DNA of 64,000 bases, taken from NCBI GenBank assembly GCA_950097015.1, contig CATNEN010000025.1, positions 8,432,001-8,496,000 on the forward strand, given 5' to 3'. Within the stretch, counting starts at the first letter, position 1. Every line of letters starts with the position of its first letter. The position numbers and the translations under genes are program-made. This document shows positions 1 through 13,700 of the stretch, in pieces. The stretch comes from Macrostomum hystrix. Its lineage: Eukaryota > Animalia > Platyhelminthes. The notes beneath the pieces are model-generated. The model worked only from the letters and a program-made list of their open reading frames with translations. It was not told where the DNA came from and ran no database searches.

Positions 1-153
1 ACGCCTGTCTGAAAACAAGTAGATTCCCTATCAGCCACCAGTAAAATCATCTATAAGCCAAACATTATTATCTCCTATCTGCCAACGATCAGAACTACAA
101 TCCCATTGTCTGATGTTTCCCAAACACAATTTTAACTTAAAAACGATTGCCAG

Positions 154-2111
154 ATAATTTCGCTAGTCGACGCGTTTACACCGAATCGAACTCTGGCAGA
201 GTTCAGGGAGGTCTACTTGGTGACGCCCTACATGGGTCACAACCTGACTAACGGCTGCATTCGCAGCCACCTGACACACGAGCACATTCGATTTATTATT
301 TACCAGATATTGCGTGGACTGAAGTACCTTCACAGTGCTAATATTATTCACAGGTGAGTTTGTCCTGGACTACACATTGTCATTGTCAGCTAAAATGATA
401 TGCCAATCGTTATTTTAATTCGAGAGATAATCCCATCCCCATTTTCTGTATCGATACTTTTATCCCATCCCCATTTTCTGTATCGATACTTTTATCCCAT
501 CCCCATTTTCTTTATCGATACTTTTATCCCATCCTCCCCATTTTCTTTATCGATACTTTTATCCCATCCTCCCCATTTTCTTTATCGATACTTTTATCCC
601 ATCCTCCCCATTTTCTTTATCGATACTTTTATCCCATCCCCATTTTCTGTATCGATACTTTTATCCCATCCCCATTTTCTTTATCGATACTTTTATCCCA
701 TCCTCCCCATTTTCTTTATCGATACTTTTATCCCATCCTCCCCATTTTCTTTATCGATACTTTTATCCCATCCTCCCCATTTTCTTTATCGATACTTTTA
801 TCCCATCCCCATTTTCTGTATCGATACTTTTATCCCATCCCCATTTTCTTTATCGATACTTTTATCCCATCCTCCCCATTTTCTTTATCGATACTTTTAT
901 CCCATCCTCCCCATTTTCTTTATCGATACTTTTATCCCATCCTCCCCATTTTCTTTATCGATACTTTTATCCCATCCTCCCCATTTTCTTTATCGATACT
1001 TTTATCCCATCCTCCCCATTTTCTTTATCGAGACTTTTTCCCATCCTCCCCATTTTCTGTATCGAGATTTATCACATCCTCATTTTCAGTATCGATACTT
1101 TTATCCCATCCTCATTTTCTTTATCGATACTTTTATCCCATCCTCCCCATTTTCTGTATCGAGACTTTTTCCCATCCTCCCCATTTTCTGTATCGAGATT
1201 TATCACATCCTCATTTTCTTTATCGATACTTTTATCCCATCCTCCCCATTTTCTGTATCGAGACTTTTTCCCATCCTCCCCATTTTCTGTATCGAGATTT
1301 ATCACATCCTCATTTTCAGTATCGATACTTTTATCACATCCTCATTTTCAGTATCGATACTTTTATCCCATCCTCATTTTCAGTATCGATACTTTTATCT
1401 TCAATTCTCATTCGTCAGCAACGGGATCTGTTGTCCCCATTGATGGTACCTGATTGCTCAGGTATCCCCAGCTTCCACTGCCCCCCCAACTCACCTGACA
1501 GGGATATAAAGCCAGGTAACCTGGCTGTTAACGCCGATTGCGACCTGCGCATTCTCGACCTCGGCATGGCGCGCGAACGAGACGATCAGATGACCGGCTA
1601 CGTTGTCACCCGCTGGTATCGCGCCCCGGAAATGATGCTAGAATGGGAGCAATACGGCCTGCAGTCCGACATCTGGTCAGTTGGCTGCGTTATGGCCGAA
1701 TTATACAACAGCCTGCCGTTGTTTCCGTGCAGCATCCACTCCGATCACATGATCCGCATCCTGTCCGTCACCGGCTTCCCAGACGATCATTATCTGTCTC
1801 GCATCCAGTCGGACGATGTTAAAGCCTTCTTAGATGTGCTGCGACGGGCCAACACCGTGACAAATACGCCCCTATCTAGCCTCTGCTCAACAATGGAACC
1901 GGACGCTCTTGACCTACTCCAACGCCTGCTGACTCTGGATCCAACCCGGCGAATCACGGCAGCCGAAGCCCTCCAGCATCCTTATTTGGCACAGTTTCAT
2001 GACCCCACCGATGAGCCGGATGGGCCATTGTTTGAAGACCAATTCGAGGGTAGCAATCTGACCATTCACGAGTGGAAGCGCGTGATTTGGGAACTGCTAG
2101 GCCGGCTGTAG
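154..2111 (+). CDS. p38 MAPK (MAPK14-like): p38-type MAP kinase, 3' part (5' exons lie left of the window); exons 154-353 and 1502-2111
   Basis: Exon 154-353 (after CAG at 151-153, GTGAGT donor at 354) reads IISLVDAFTPNRTLAEFREVYLVTPYMGHN...YQILRGLKYLHSANIIHR. It joins in phase 2 to exon 1502-2111: DIKPGNLAVNADCDLRILDLGMARERDDQMTGYVVTRWYRAPE...DIWSVGC...FHDPTDEP. The TGY activation motif and the HDPxDEP docking site are p38 hallmarks. Confidence 0.93.
431..1399. repeat. Minisatellite, 32-35 bp unit TATCGATACTTTTATCCCATCC(TC)CCCATTTTCT, fills the p38 intron
   Basis: Direct tandem copies visible. Confidence 0.95.
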
Positions 2112-4407
2112 GATTCACCGGTTTGGGCTGTGAGATTCACCGGTTTGGGCTGTGAGATTCACCGGTTTGGGCTGTGAGATTCACCGGTTTGAGCTGTAGG
2201 ATTCACCGGTTTGAGCTGTAAGATTCACTGGTTTGGGCTGTAAGATTCACCGGTTTGGGCTGTAAGATTCACTGGTTTGGGCTGTAAGATTCACCGGTTT
2301 GGGCTGTAAGATTCACCGGTTTGAGCTGTAAGATTCACTGGTTTGGGCTGTAAGATTCACCGGTTTGGGCTGTAAGATTCACCGGTTTGGGCTGTAAGAT
2401 TCACTGGTTTGAGCTGTAGGATTCACGGTTTGAGCTGTAGGATGCACCGGTTTGAGCTGTAAGATTCACCGGTTTGAGCTGTAGGATGCACCGGTTTGAG
2501 CTGTAAGATTCACCGGTTTGAGCTGTAGGATGCACCGGTTTGAGCTGTAGGATGCACCGGTTTGAGCTGTAGGATGCACCGGTTTGAGCTGTAGGATGCA
2601 CCGGTTTGGGCTGTAAGATTCACCGGTATGGGCTGTAAGATTCACCGGTTTGGGCTGTAAGTTTCACCGGTTTGGGCTGTAAGATTCACCGGTTTGGGTT
2701 GTAAGATTCACCGGTTTGGGCTGTAGGATTCACGGTTTGAGCTGTAGGATGCACCGGTTTGAGCTGTAGGATGCACCGGTTTGAGCTGTAGGATGCACCG
2801 GTTTGAGCTGTAGGATTCACGGTTTGAGCTGTAGGACGCACCAGTTTGAGCTGTAGGATTCACCGGTTTGAGATGTAGGATTCACGGTTTGAGCTGTAGG
2901 ATTCACCGGTTTGAGCTGTAGGATTCACCGGTTTGAGCTGTAGGATTCACCGGTTTGAGCTGTAGGATTCAGCGGTTTGAGATGTAGGATTCACGGTTTG
3001 AGCTGTAGGATTCACCGGTTTGAGCTGTAGGATTCAGCGGTTTGAGCTGTAGAATTCACGGTTTGAGCTGTAGGATTCAGCGGTTTGAGATGTAGGATTC
3101 ACGGTTTGAGCTGTAGGATTCAGCGGTTTGAGCTGTAGGATTCACCGGTTTGAGCTGTAGGATTCAGCGGTTTGAGCTGTAGGATTCACCGGTTTGAGCT
3201 GTAGGATTCACCGGTTTGAGCTGTAGGATTCACGGTTTGAGCTGTAGGATTCACCGGTTTGAGCTGTAGGATTCACCGGTTTGAGCTGTAGGATTCAGCG
3301 GTTTGAGCTGTAGGATTCACCGGTTTGAGCTGTAGGATTCACCGGTTTGAGCTGTAGGATTCACCGGTTTGAGCTGTAGGATTCAGCGGTTTGAGATGTA
3401 GGATGCACCGGTTTGAGCTGTAGGATTCACCGGTTTGAGCTGTAGGATGCACCGGTTTGAGCTGTAGGATGCACCGGTTTGAGCTGTAGGATTCACCGGT
3501 TTGAGCTGTAGGATTCACCGGTTTGAGCTGTAGGATTCACCGGTTTGAGCTGTAGGATTCACCGGTTTGAGATGTAGGATTCACCGGTTTGAGATGTAGG
3601 ATTCACCGTTTTGAGCTGTAGGATGCACCGGTTTGAGCTGTAGGATTCACCGGTTTGAGCTGTAGGATGCACCGGTTTGAGCTGTAGGATGCACCGGTTT
3701 GAGCTGTAGGATGCACCGGTTTGAGCTGTAGGATTCACCGGTTTGAGCTGTAGGATGCACCGGTTTGAGCTGTAGGATGCACCGGTTTGAGCTGTAGGAT
3801 TCACCGGTTTGAGCTGTAGGATTCACCGGTTTGAGCTGTAGGATTCACCGGTTTGAGCTGTAGGATTCACCGGTTTGAGATGTAGGATTCACCGGTTTGA
3901 GCTGTAGGATTCACCGGTTTGAGCTGTAGGATGCACCGGTTTGAGCTGTAGGATTCACCGGTTTGAGCTGTAGGATTCACCGGTTTGAGCTGTAGGATTC
4001 ACCGGTTTGAGCTGTAGGATGCACCGGTTTGAGCTGTAGGATGCACCGGTTTGAGCTGTAGGATGCACCGGTTTGAGCTGTAGGATGCACCGGTTTGAGC
4101 TGTAGGATGCACCGGTTTGAGCTGTAGGATGCACCGGTTTGAGCTGTAGGATGCACCGGTTTGAGCTGTAGGATGCACCGGTTTGAGCTGTAGGATGCAC
4201 CGGTTTGAGCTGTAGGATGCACCGTTTTGAGCTGTAGGATTCACCGGTTTGAGCTGTAGGATGCACCGGTTTGAGCTGTAGGATGCACCGGTTTGAGCTG
4301 TAGGATGCACCGTTTTGAGATGTAGGATTCACCGGTTTGAGCTGTAGGATGCACCGGTTTGAGCTGTAGGATTCACCGGTTTGAGCTGTAGGATTCACGG
4401 TTTGAGC
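2106..4407. repeat. Minisatellite, 22-bp unit CTGTAGGATTCACCGGTTTGAG, about 100 copies
   Basis: Direct tandem copies. The first unit overlaps the p38 stop codon. Confidence 0.97.
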
Positions 4408-7222
4408 GGTTAGATTAGCCGTAATTCGGAAAGATCTAAATTCTACAGCAGGTATCTAAGGTAGTGTTTCTGCATTAATAAATGTATTTAGTCAACATGC
4501 CTAGCAGTTAATTTAGCTAATGTCAATTTTCAGCATTATCATTACAACTTTAATTCAGCCTATTATATAAGCGTTAACATGCAAAATGTTTCAATAGCTA
4601 TTCAAGGCTGTAATTTCTCTGCGTTCTGTTCTGCCTGATTTTGAACACTTTTTTCATGCATAAATGAATAGTTAAACTGTAACTTATCTGCTCCTTTATT
4701 CAGCGTTGGCTACTTTAGCTGAAGCATTTGTAAAGTGAATAAATTGCTACACATTTTTGTATCGACTAAAGACTAATCAGAATGCACGCAACAGTCGTAC
4801 TTTATTCGGCAAACAATGCTTACAAAATCAATACGATTCAATCAATTTGTTTCAATACAACAAGTGAACTGAAAATGTAAGTACATCAGGTCTCAACGTT
4901 GACCGTTAAAACTGTTAGCGCATTCTTTTTTACTTTATGATAATAAACCGTTTCAATTCAGTTTAAATCTCTTGACACCACATGCGAAAAGTAAGTTTTT
5001 TGTGTGTAGGTTTTGTTTATATACAATGATTACTATTACTATAAATATCTGTGTATTTTACTTACTCATTTCTGGGCTAAATTGTCTTTTTTTACCGAAT
5101 CGTGAAAAAAATCAATCCGGTATTTTATAACAGAAGTGATGTAGTGTTATTTACACTTGTGCTTTGCTCATTTAAATGCGCTCGGTCATAATACACTTGC
5201 TATATAATACATTTATGAATGTTATAACTGGCACAATGTTGCTTTGTTCCATTTTTTTTGCAGTTTTCGTGCCTTTCAGGTGGAATTGTGCACAACATCA
5301 CCCACAATATACAATTACTATTATGTTTGTGTTCTATTATATTCTTGCGCATCCAATGCTCGTCTGTGTTCTTTGAGAATGTTTTCAAAGGTGTTAATAA
5401 TGAGCTGTCAACGTCTATCGTTATTCATTTGATACATCTCCGAATAATGAATTTTTGGATATGGAAAACCACGAGCTAATGCATATTTACCCGTGGACGT
5501 GTGTTTAATTTATAGATTTATAGATCAACCCGGAAGACACCCGTTTGCCTGCCGATTATTGCCACCGAAAGTTAGCCCGCCGATTTTCTGGGCATGTTGC
5601 GAGTTTGATGTATGACTGATGATTCATAGTGGTAGCTGTCTCCGAATTGCAGTCTGAGGTTCCCGAAATGAACATACGAATGTGAACAGACATTTCTTAC
5701 ACATAGCAAATGTAGTTTCTTACTCGACACAGCTTACTTGAGCACTGCTTACTTTCTTTCTCATCTCGAAAAATAGAGAAATATTTTCTTTGTCAAGAGA
5801 ACTAATTAAGTGTCCATACCAATAGCCACTGTTTACGCTTCAGTATAAAATTTTTCAAATGAAGTTAACGTCAGAAACAATTTAAAGTTTTTTAATTTTA
5901 AATTAAAACTTTTAATACTCTTGGTATTTATTTGGGCTTAACAGATCCTTTTGGTAATTATTCTAGTGAAAAAATTGTTTTATTTGATTTATCTATTCGG
6001 CAGTAATTCAAACTATACCAATTGATAACCAAATGATACCAATCACGTGGCTGGCTTAGATTTAATTCTTATGTACATGTTACACTACGCACTTGCATTC
6101 GAATCAGCTTTGCATGATGAAAAAGAAGGAACTTATAAAAATAGTATCATTGTCTTATGTATTATTTGTCATTGCTTTCTCCTGTGTGTGATCTGTGCCA
6201 TACACTCTGTACTACACTATGCTATATATACTATACTATACTATACTATATCAAAACTACACCACAACTACGCTACAGTCGTCAGTCAGTGACAAGACTA
6301 TTTTTAATAATACTAGACCTAGTACTAATAGACTTTATATGCCTTAGATCATATTTGTATTCAGTTCAAAGACAAAGTAAGTGTTTATATATATGATAAG
6401 TATATGTCTATTATATGTCTTTTAATATCTATTAAATATATATTCCTATACAAATCCAAGGCCATGAACAAAGAAACTAACATAATTTAAAATATTAAAA
6501 ACTTAGCTACTACTCTTGTGCATTGTAATCTTTGAAAATAAGTTTTATCAATGCTGATATTCATTATATAGCTTTACCGCACTTCAGAAAGGAGAAAGTC
6601 ATTATGAATTCATATTCAGGATTAACTATATTTATAGGATCAGGCCAATTCCTTAATTCCTAATTCCTTAATCTCTTTTATCAAATAAGTCTTGAGCTAG
6701 CAATGCATGGATTATATGGACTACCATGCTTTAAAAAATCCCTATATCTGTTCATTGTCTTTTTTTCTAGGCTATATTGATGCCATAAATTAAAAAATTT
6801 ATATTATAAATAATTATACGATCTATATATCTATTATTATTAAAGATAGGCCTATGTCTTAACTTTAGAATTTTTTATTTTGGCTAGGCCTAGCCATATT
6901 TCTATTTATTACCATTTCAGTCACAAATCTCTAAAACTATTGATAGCAAATCTATAATAGTTAAGTTCAAATCTAAAAGACTGATTGCACTATTAGAAAT
7001 TGTAACAAAAGATGCTGCTTATTATAAATCAAAACTCAGTTCTTAAGTTAGGTAAATAAGTCAAGTACTGTAAATATAGTAATATCTCTCTTTATATATC
7101 TTTGGTCAGATATTTGTGTTTTGCTCAACCTTGGTCTTGACCTTATTGACAATCTTAGGTCTAACATGAATGCTAATAAGTCTTCTTAACTGGACTTACT
7201 TTCTTGACCAACATGATATAGA

Positions 7223-7350
7223 AGGATAAGTGGCAGAGTGGTCAAATGTTTTTGCCTTTTGTTTCAAGGTCCCTAAGCTTGATTCTGTGATAAAGCCACA
7301 TTCATTTGGGGTGTAGCCACAGAGGCTTGTTTTACCATTGATACCCTAAT
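7223..7350 (+). mobile_element. SINE family B, decayed 5' fragment
   Basis: AGTGGCAGAGTGGTCAAATGTTTTTGCC...AGGTCCCTAAGCTTGATTCTGTG..AAGCCACATTCATTTG aligns to the copy at 32510-32880. Confidence 0.65.
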
Positions 7351-7795
7351 AGGGCCTACTAGGAACAGTGAAAATGTACTCTGTCTGATGATAAAAAGCT
7401 AGGACAGATTTATACACCTACAATAGTATATGCCTGCCTGTGGTCTTCTCAAATGAGTCATTTAAATAGACAGAATAGCCTCCTCACTAGCTATAGTTCT
7501 TGAAGTGTCACCAAAATGTGTGATTGACATATCAATTGTAATATTTATTTTTAGCGAACAATTTTAGCAAGCCAAAGCTATACTTTCTCATTCCTTTCTC
7601 AATTGTAGGTATTCTTTACATTTTTTACTTTCTACTGACCAGTGTTTTAGTTAACACTAAGATAAATTTAAAAGGAGCAAACAAATTTTTTTTTCTTTTC
7701 AGTAAAATTTGCTTTGACCAGAGTACTCAATGGACTGCATTGTATCAACAATGATTTTTCTTGTAAACTGTTGATTCGAGACTTTGCTAATTACC

Positions 7796-10700
7796 ATGTT
7801 TTCTAGTTCAGAAGGCAAGAAAGTTGCTATACTGCTTCTAGATGGCAGTACAGTGTCTATATTTGTCAGGGTAAGTAATAAATTGATTTCCTTGTACAAT
7901 GCTATTATTATTGATTCTAAAAATATTGAAATATAAGTTAGTTTAATCTTTTTAATAAATGTTTGAAGCTAGCTTGAAGGTTTAAGGTTGTTGGTTCATT
8001 CCCCAACTCCACTGAAAAAAATTGTGTCATTTACCAGAATATTTAAATTCTGCATTGCTTCAGTTTACCTAGCTGTTAAATGGGTACCTTTATTATTGGG
8101 GGGAATATTTGGGTGGGTGTGGCATCTCCCCGTCCATGGACTGAATACTGTGCAATTGCTGCGGCTGTGCTGTTGGCTTCATATTTAAACTGTTAAGCTG
8201 CCCTTTATAAATCATTTATTTTGATTTTAACTTTGAACTAATTGAAATAGATGTATGAATAAAATGTATGAGCTCAATAGTGCAATTCTACGCATATCTT
8301 GCTTGTACTAAATCAACTCAGCCGAAGCTAACAGCCAGCGAGTTGCTCGACCTTGTCTCGTCTCAGCTGATGCTTCAGGACAGGCGCTGCTTCGGCCTCT
8401 GCTATGAATTGGCGGCCCAGTCGGCCATTGTGGGCCGCGGCGCCAGCTCGCTGTCCTGGCTGGCCAGATCTCAGCGCGTTCTGGACTGCGAAGCGTGCAA
8501 GCGTTGCGAATCGCCCATACTAGAATTTCGTCTTAAACACTTTCCTCCTAGTCTGGCCTCGATTCAGGATAGGCGACTGTACGAGCTGCTCTATCTGCAG
8601 TGCCGCCAGATGATCTACACCGACGAGTTGCTATGCGAAAATGATCAGCAGGTATTTCAGCTGGCCGCATGGGTACTGCAGGCCGAACATGGCAACTTTG
8701 CAGAGTAAGTTCTCTGATTGGAATCCTTAGTTTGTGCCTATCAGTCATTAATCTTCTTACTGTGTCTTTAAACTTGTAGCTTTGTGGTTAGAGCGTCGTA
8801 CTTACGTCGTACTTACGTCGTACTTACGACCTGAATGTCGGGGGTTCGAATCCTAACTCCACTGAAAATAAAGATTTTTTGCAATGCTTCAGTCTTCCCA
8901 GTTGTTAGATGGTTTAATTGTGTCTACTTATTTTACATTTTAATTTGCATTGACAGTGAATCAGAGTCTGTAGTGAATTTGCGCCAGCATCACCTGTTTC
9001 CTGTTAGTCTTCTACAGCGTCACCCGTCACTTGAGTATTGGTAAGTTTTTTTTCCAGGTATCTTGCTGGAATGAAATCATGGGATTGGAGTGGATGACGA
9101 CATGGTATTCAATAGGGGGACAAACACGGGATCAGAAAGGGGTATGAAGTTCACAATTTCTAAACAATTGTAGCTAGAGGTTGTAGCCTTGTGGTTAGAG
9201 CATCGGACTTACGACTTGAAGCAAGACAATTTAACTCTGCATTGCTTCAGTTCACCAAGCTGTTAAATGGGTACCGGCATTAGCTGGGATAATTGAAGGT
9301 GGGTATGGCGTCCCCCCCCCAGTCCATGGACTGATCAGCTGTACGCAGCCTTCAGATGCGCCGCGCAATAGCTGTGGCTGTGCTGTCGGCTGCACATCTG
9401 GCATAATTGGACAGGTGTAATAAATTATTATTTATTGTGACAAAGTAGGAAGGCGTTAAGAAAGAAAACGCGAAAAATTATTAGCGCAAAAAAATTAAAA
9501 TCTGACTAAAAATATCCCTTCTAGTGAGTCCCAAACAATAACGACCTATCGGCAGTTGTCCGCCAGTCAAAGCCGGCAAGCCTCGATTCGAGCCTATCTC
9601 GCATTGGCTACCAGCCTTCCTAACTATGGCCAGGCGCAGTACAGCGTCACGGAATCGAGCGGCCTGCCCTGGTGGCTTGGCTTCAGTCATCGCGGCGTAT
9701 CGCTATTTGATCACAACGACCGGCGTCGCTACAGATGCTGCTACGCCTGGAGCAGCCTAGAGAATATTTATTGCCGGGAGAGGAAATTTACTGTGGATGT
9801 GCAGTGCGAGAGAAAGTGAGTATGGGTCATTGTACTTAGTCTGCCTCGTTCCGATGCACCTACGGCCTTCCAGTTCCATCACAATGCACCCACTGCCTTC
9901 CAGTTCCATCCCAATGCACCCACTGCCTTCCAGTTCCATCCCAATGCACCCACTGCCTTCCAGTTCCATCACAATGCACCCACTGCCTTCCAGTTCCATC
10001 GCAATGCACCCACTGCCTTCCAGTTCCATCCCAATGCACCCACTGCCTTCCAGTTCCATCCCAATGCACCCACTGCCTTCCAGTTCCATCACAATGCACC
10101 CACTGCCTTCCAGTTCCATCGCAATGCACCCACTGCCTTCCAGTTCCATTGCAATGCACTCACTGCCTTCCAGTTCCATCACAATGCACCCACTGCCTTC
10201 CAGTTCCATCCCAATGCACCCACTGCCTTCCAGTTCCATCCCAATGCACCCACTGCCTTCCAGTTCCATCGCAATGCACCTACTGCCTTCCAGTTCCATT
10301 GCAATGCACCCACTGCCTTCCAGTTCAATTGCAATGCACCCACTGCCTTCCAGTTCCATCGCAATGCACCCACTGCCTTCCAGTTCCATCCCAATGCACC
10401 CACTGCCTTCCAGTTCCATCGCAATGCACCTACTGCCTTCCAGTTCCATTGCAATGCACCCACTGCCTTCCAGTTCAATTGCAATGCACCCACTGCCTTC
10501 CAGTTCCATCGCAATGCACCCACTGCCTTCCAGTTCCATCACAATGCACCCACTGCCTTCCAGTTCCATCGCAATGCACCCACTGCCTTCCAGTTCCATC
10601 GCAATGCACCCACTGCCTTCCAGTTCCATCGCAATGCACCCACTGCCTTCCAGTTCCATCGCAATGCACCCACTGCCTTCCAGTTCCATCGCAATGCACC

Positions 10701-13700
10701 CACTGCCTTCCAGTTCCATTGCAATGCACCCACTGCCTTCCAGTTCCATTGCAATGCACCCACTGCCATCCAGTTCCATCGCAATGCACCTACTGCCTTC
10801 CAGTTCCATCACAATGCACCCACTGCCTTCCAGTACCATCGCAATGCAACCACTGCCTTCCAGTTCCATCGCAATGCACCCACTGCCTTCCAGTTCCATC
10901 GCAATGCACCCACTGCCTTCCAGTTCTATCGCAATGCACCTACTGCGTTCCATTTCCCTCGCATAACATACACAGCTTATCTATCCAGCTATTTCGCCAC
11001 TAAAGTCATAGGAAGACTTTCGCCAATTATGAATACCACCGGAAGTGTCTCGTGTAAAATTCTCGCTGTAAAATTCATCTATAGAGCTGGAAAATTTTCC
11101 AATATATTCTGCATGCGAGAGATAGCAATAAAAACTAATGCCTAACCGTGTGTTTGCATTAGTGTGTCGAAGCAGAAACCAGCCTTCGAATTTAGATATA
11201 TATAAGCAGCAAAGCAGATTTCAGCCAGTTCTAAATTGTCTGTCGTCTGTTCGTTTTTTCCTGTACGATTTCGAGTTTCTTGTACGACTTCAACTTGAAT
11301 CTTATTTTGCTAGTGTTGCATTACTTTTAAATTTGCGGTGAAAGAAATTCTCAGTGTACATTTTATTCATTTCTATTGACCACTTTTCGAATTGCAGTGG
11401 GTGAAAAACTTTGCCTGCAGCTGTCTAAGATGGTAGCGATAAGGATGCAGCGTTATCGTTCTAGATATGTGTGGACAGCGTGGCGTATTGTGGGCTAAAA
11501 CTGGTCAGCTAGCTATTTTAAGCGTTTTTTCGCATTCTACTCTTAGTAGCCTGTCTAATCTCCGACTACACACAGCACCAAATATAGTTATCGCCACTTT
11601 CTAGTGCCTGCTCCATTCTTGTGCCTCCTCCATTCCGGTGCCTCCTCCATTCCGGTGCCTCCTCCATTTTGGTGCCTCCTCCATTCTGATGCCTCCTCCA
11701 TTCCGGTGCCTCCTCCATTCTGATGCCTCCTCCATTCCGGTGCCTCCTCCATTCTGATGCCTCCTCCATTCCGATGCCTCCTCCATTCCGGTGCCTCCTC
11801 CATTCTGATGCCTCCTCCATTCTGGTGCCTCCTCCATTCCGATGCCTCCTCCATTCCGGTGCCTCCTCCATTCTGATGCCTCCTCCATTCCGGTGCCTCC
11901 TCCATTCTGATGCCTCCTCCATTCCGGTGCCTCCTCCATTCTGATGCCTCCTCCATTCCGATGCCTCCTCCATTCCGGTGCCTCCTCCATTCTGATGCCT
12001 CCTCCATTCCGGTGCCTCCTCCATTCTGATGCCTCCTCCATTCCGGTGCCTCCTCCATTCTGATGCCTCCTCCATTCCGGTGCCTCCTCCATTCCGGTGC
12101 CTCCTCCATTCTGATGCCTCCTCCATTCCGGTGCCTCCTCCATTCTGATGCCTCCTCCATTCCGGTGCCTCCTCCATTCTGATGCCTCCTCCATTCCGGT
12201 GCCTCCTCCATTCCGGTGCCTCCTCCATTCTGGTGCCTCCTCCATTCCGGTGCCTCCTCCATTCTGATGCCTCCTCCATTCTGGTGCCTCCTCCATTCTG
12301 GTGCCTCCTCCATTCTGGTGCCTCCTCCATTCTGGTGCCTCCTCCATTCTGGTGCCTCCTCCATTCCGGTGCCTCCTCCAGTCTGGTTGCCTCCTCCTCC
12401 AGTCTGGTAGCCTCCTCCTCCAGTCTGGTTGCCTCCTTCTCCAGTCTGGTTGCCTCGTCCTCCAGTCTGGTAGCCTCCTCCTCCAGTCTGGTTGCCTCCT
12501 CCTCCAGTCTGGTAGCCTCCTCCTCCAGTCTGGTTGCCTCCTCCTCCAGTCTGGTAGCCTCCTCCTCCAGTCTGGTAGCCTCCTCCTCCAGTCTGGTAGC
12601 CTTCTCCTCCAGTCTGGTTGCCTCCTCCTCCAGTCTGGTTGCCTCGTCCTCCAGTCTGGTAGCCCCTCTTATTTTTGTTGTTTATTAACCTTGACTCAGT
12701 CAGTCGATTAACTTATTAATTACCCCGCAGAAGTCATCTGGGTCGTTGGAGCTTCGGCAAAGGCGATCGGGTCGCTTCGTTATCCTGGTGGGCCGAGTCC
12801 GCCCCGGCTGCTAGGCGAATATTCGACTTCGCCGCCTCCCAGCACAGGTTTTCGCTCAGCTTTGACGAGTGCGTCGATCTGTACACCCAAGGCGGACGGC
12901 GGGCCAGCGGAGATAGGGTGAGAGCTTTCGAATTTTTATCAAGAGAGGTCCGGAGTTCGAATCCGAGTTCATGGGAAGCAACTTGTGTCCTTGGGCAAGA
13001 CAATTAAATTCCCCATTGATTGGTTCACTCAGCATTAGCTGGAAGGGAGGCTTGAAATTTCGGTTTGTTAGGTTAGGTTTCCACATTTGACATCTCCTCA
13101 ACTTATTTTTCGCTTAGAGTTAGCCTTAAATAGCTCATACCAACGACCTCGCGTGACCCCGTTAATAACGGAATTTATATTGCCTGGAGTATTTTGTTCT
13201 CTTTATTTTTACCCTTCTATTTCCCCTCCAACTTATCCCATGTGGAATAAATAGGATATAAAACGCCACATATGTCCATCCTTCTACGACCCTAGATTGG
13301 GATAAATATCCCTATAGTAGCCATCTGTCGTTTACAGCTCCTTTGTGCCTAAAGGGAGGATAAATCGTGGGATCTAATTTGATGGGCTTTGCCTAAGACT
13401 TGGCTGACTAGACAAACGGTAGGCAGAGGAAACCTTGACACCAGGTAAATGTAGTTTGACCTCTGTGACCGTGTACCTCACTAGTTCGCAGCTAGTTAGT
13501 ACAGTATTGCAGATAGTTAAAGTCCGTAACTTGTTTATAAAGCGTGACTCATCCATAGCATTCGTATTCCGTATGATCTGGCGCACCTATAAAACATTTG
13601 TATATTATATTCTTTATTCACAAAGTCAAGCTTGCGGCCACTGGCTGTAACTAACTAGTTTCGTGCCACGTCATCTAGTTATGGAGAACATTAAATATAG

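Noticed and set aside
163-351. 62-aa - strand ORF
   Set aside because: Antisense shadow of the p38 exon.
400-1443. 347-aa ORF
   Set aside because: Translation of the 32-35 bp intronic minisatellite inside the p38 intron.
4400-7700. AT-rich spacer with several 60-80 aa ORFs
   Set aside because: No recognisable motifs or exon-like GC content. Likely the p38 3' end and the FRMD4 promoter or 5' UTR intron.
7699-7899. 66-aa - strand ORF
   Set aside because: Antisense shadow of FRMD4 exon 1.
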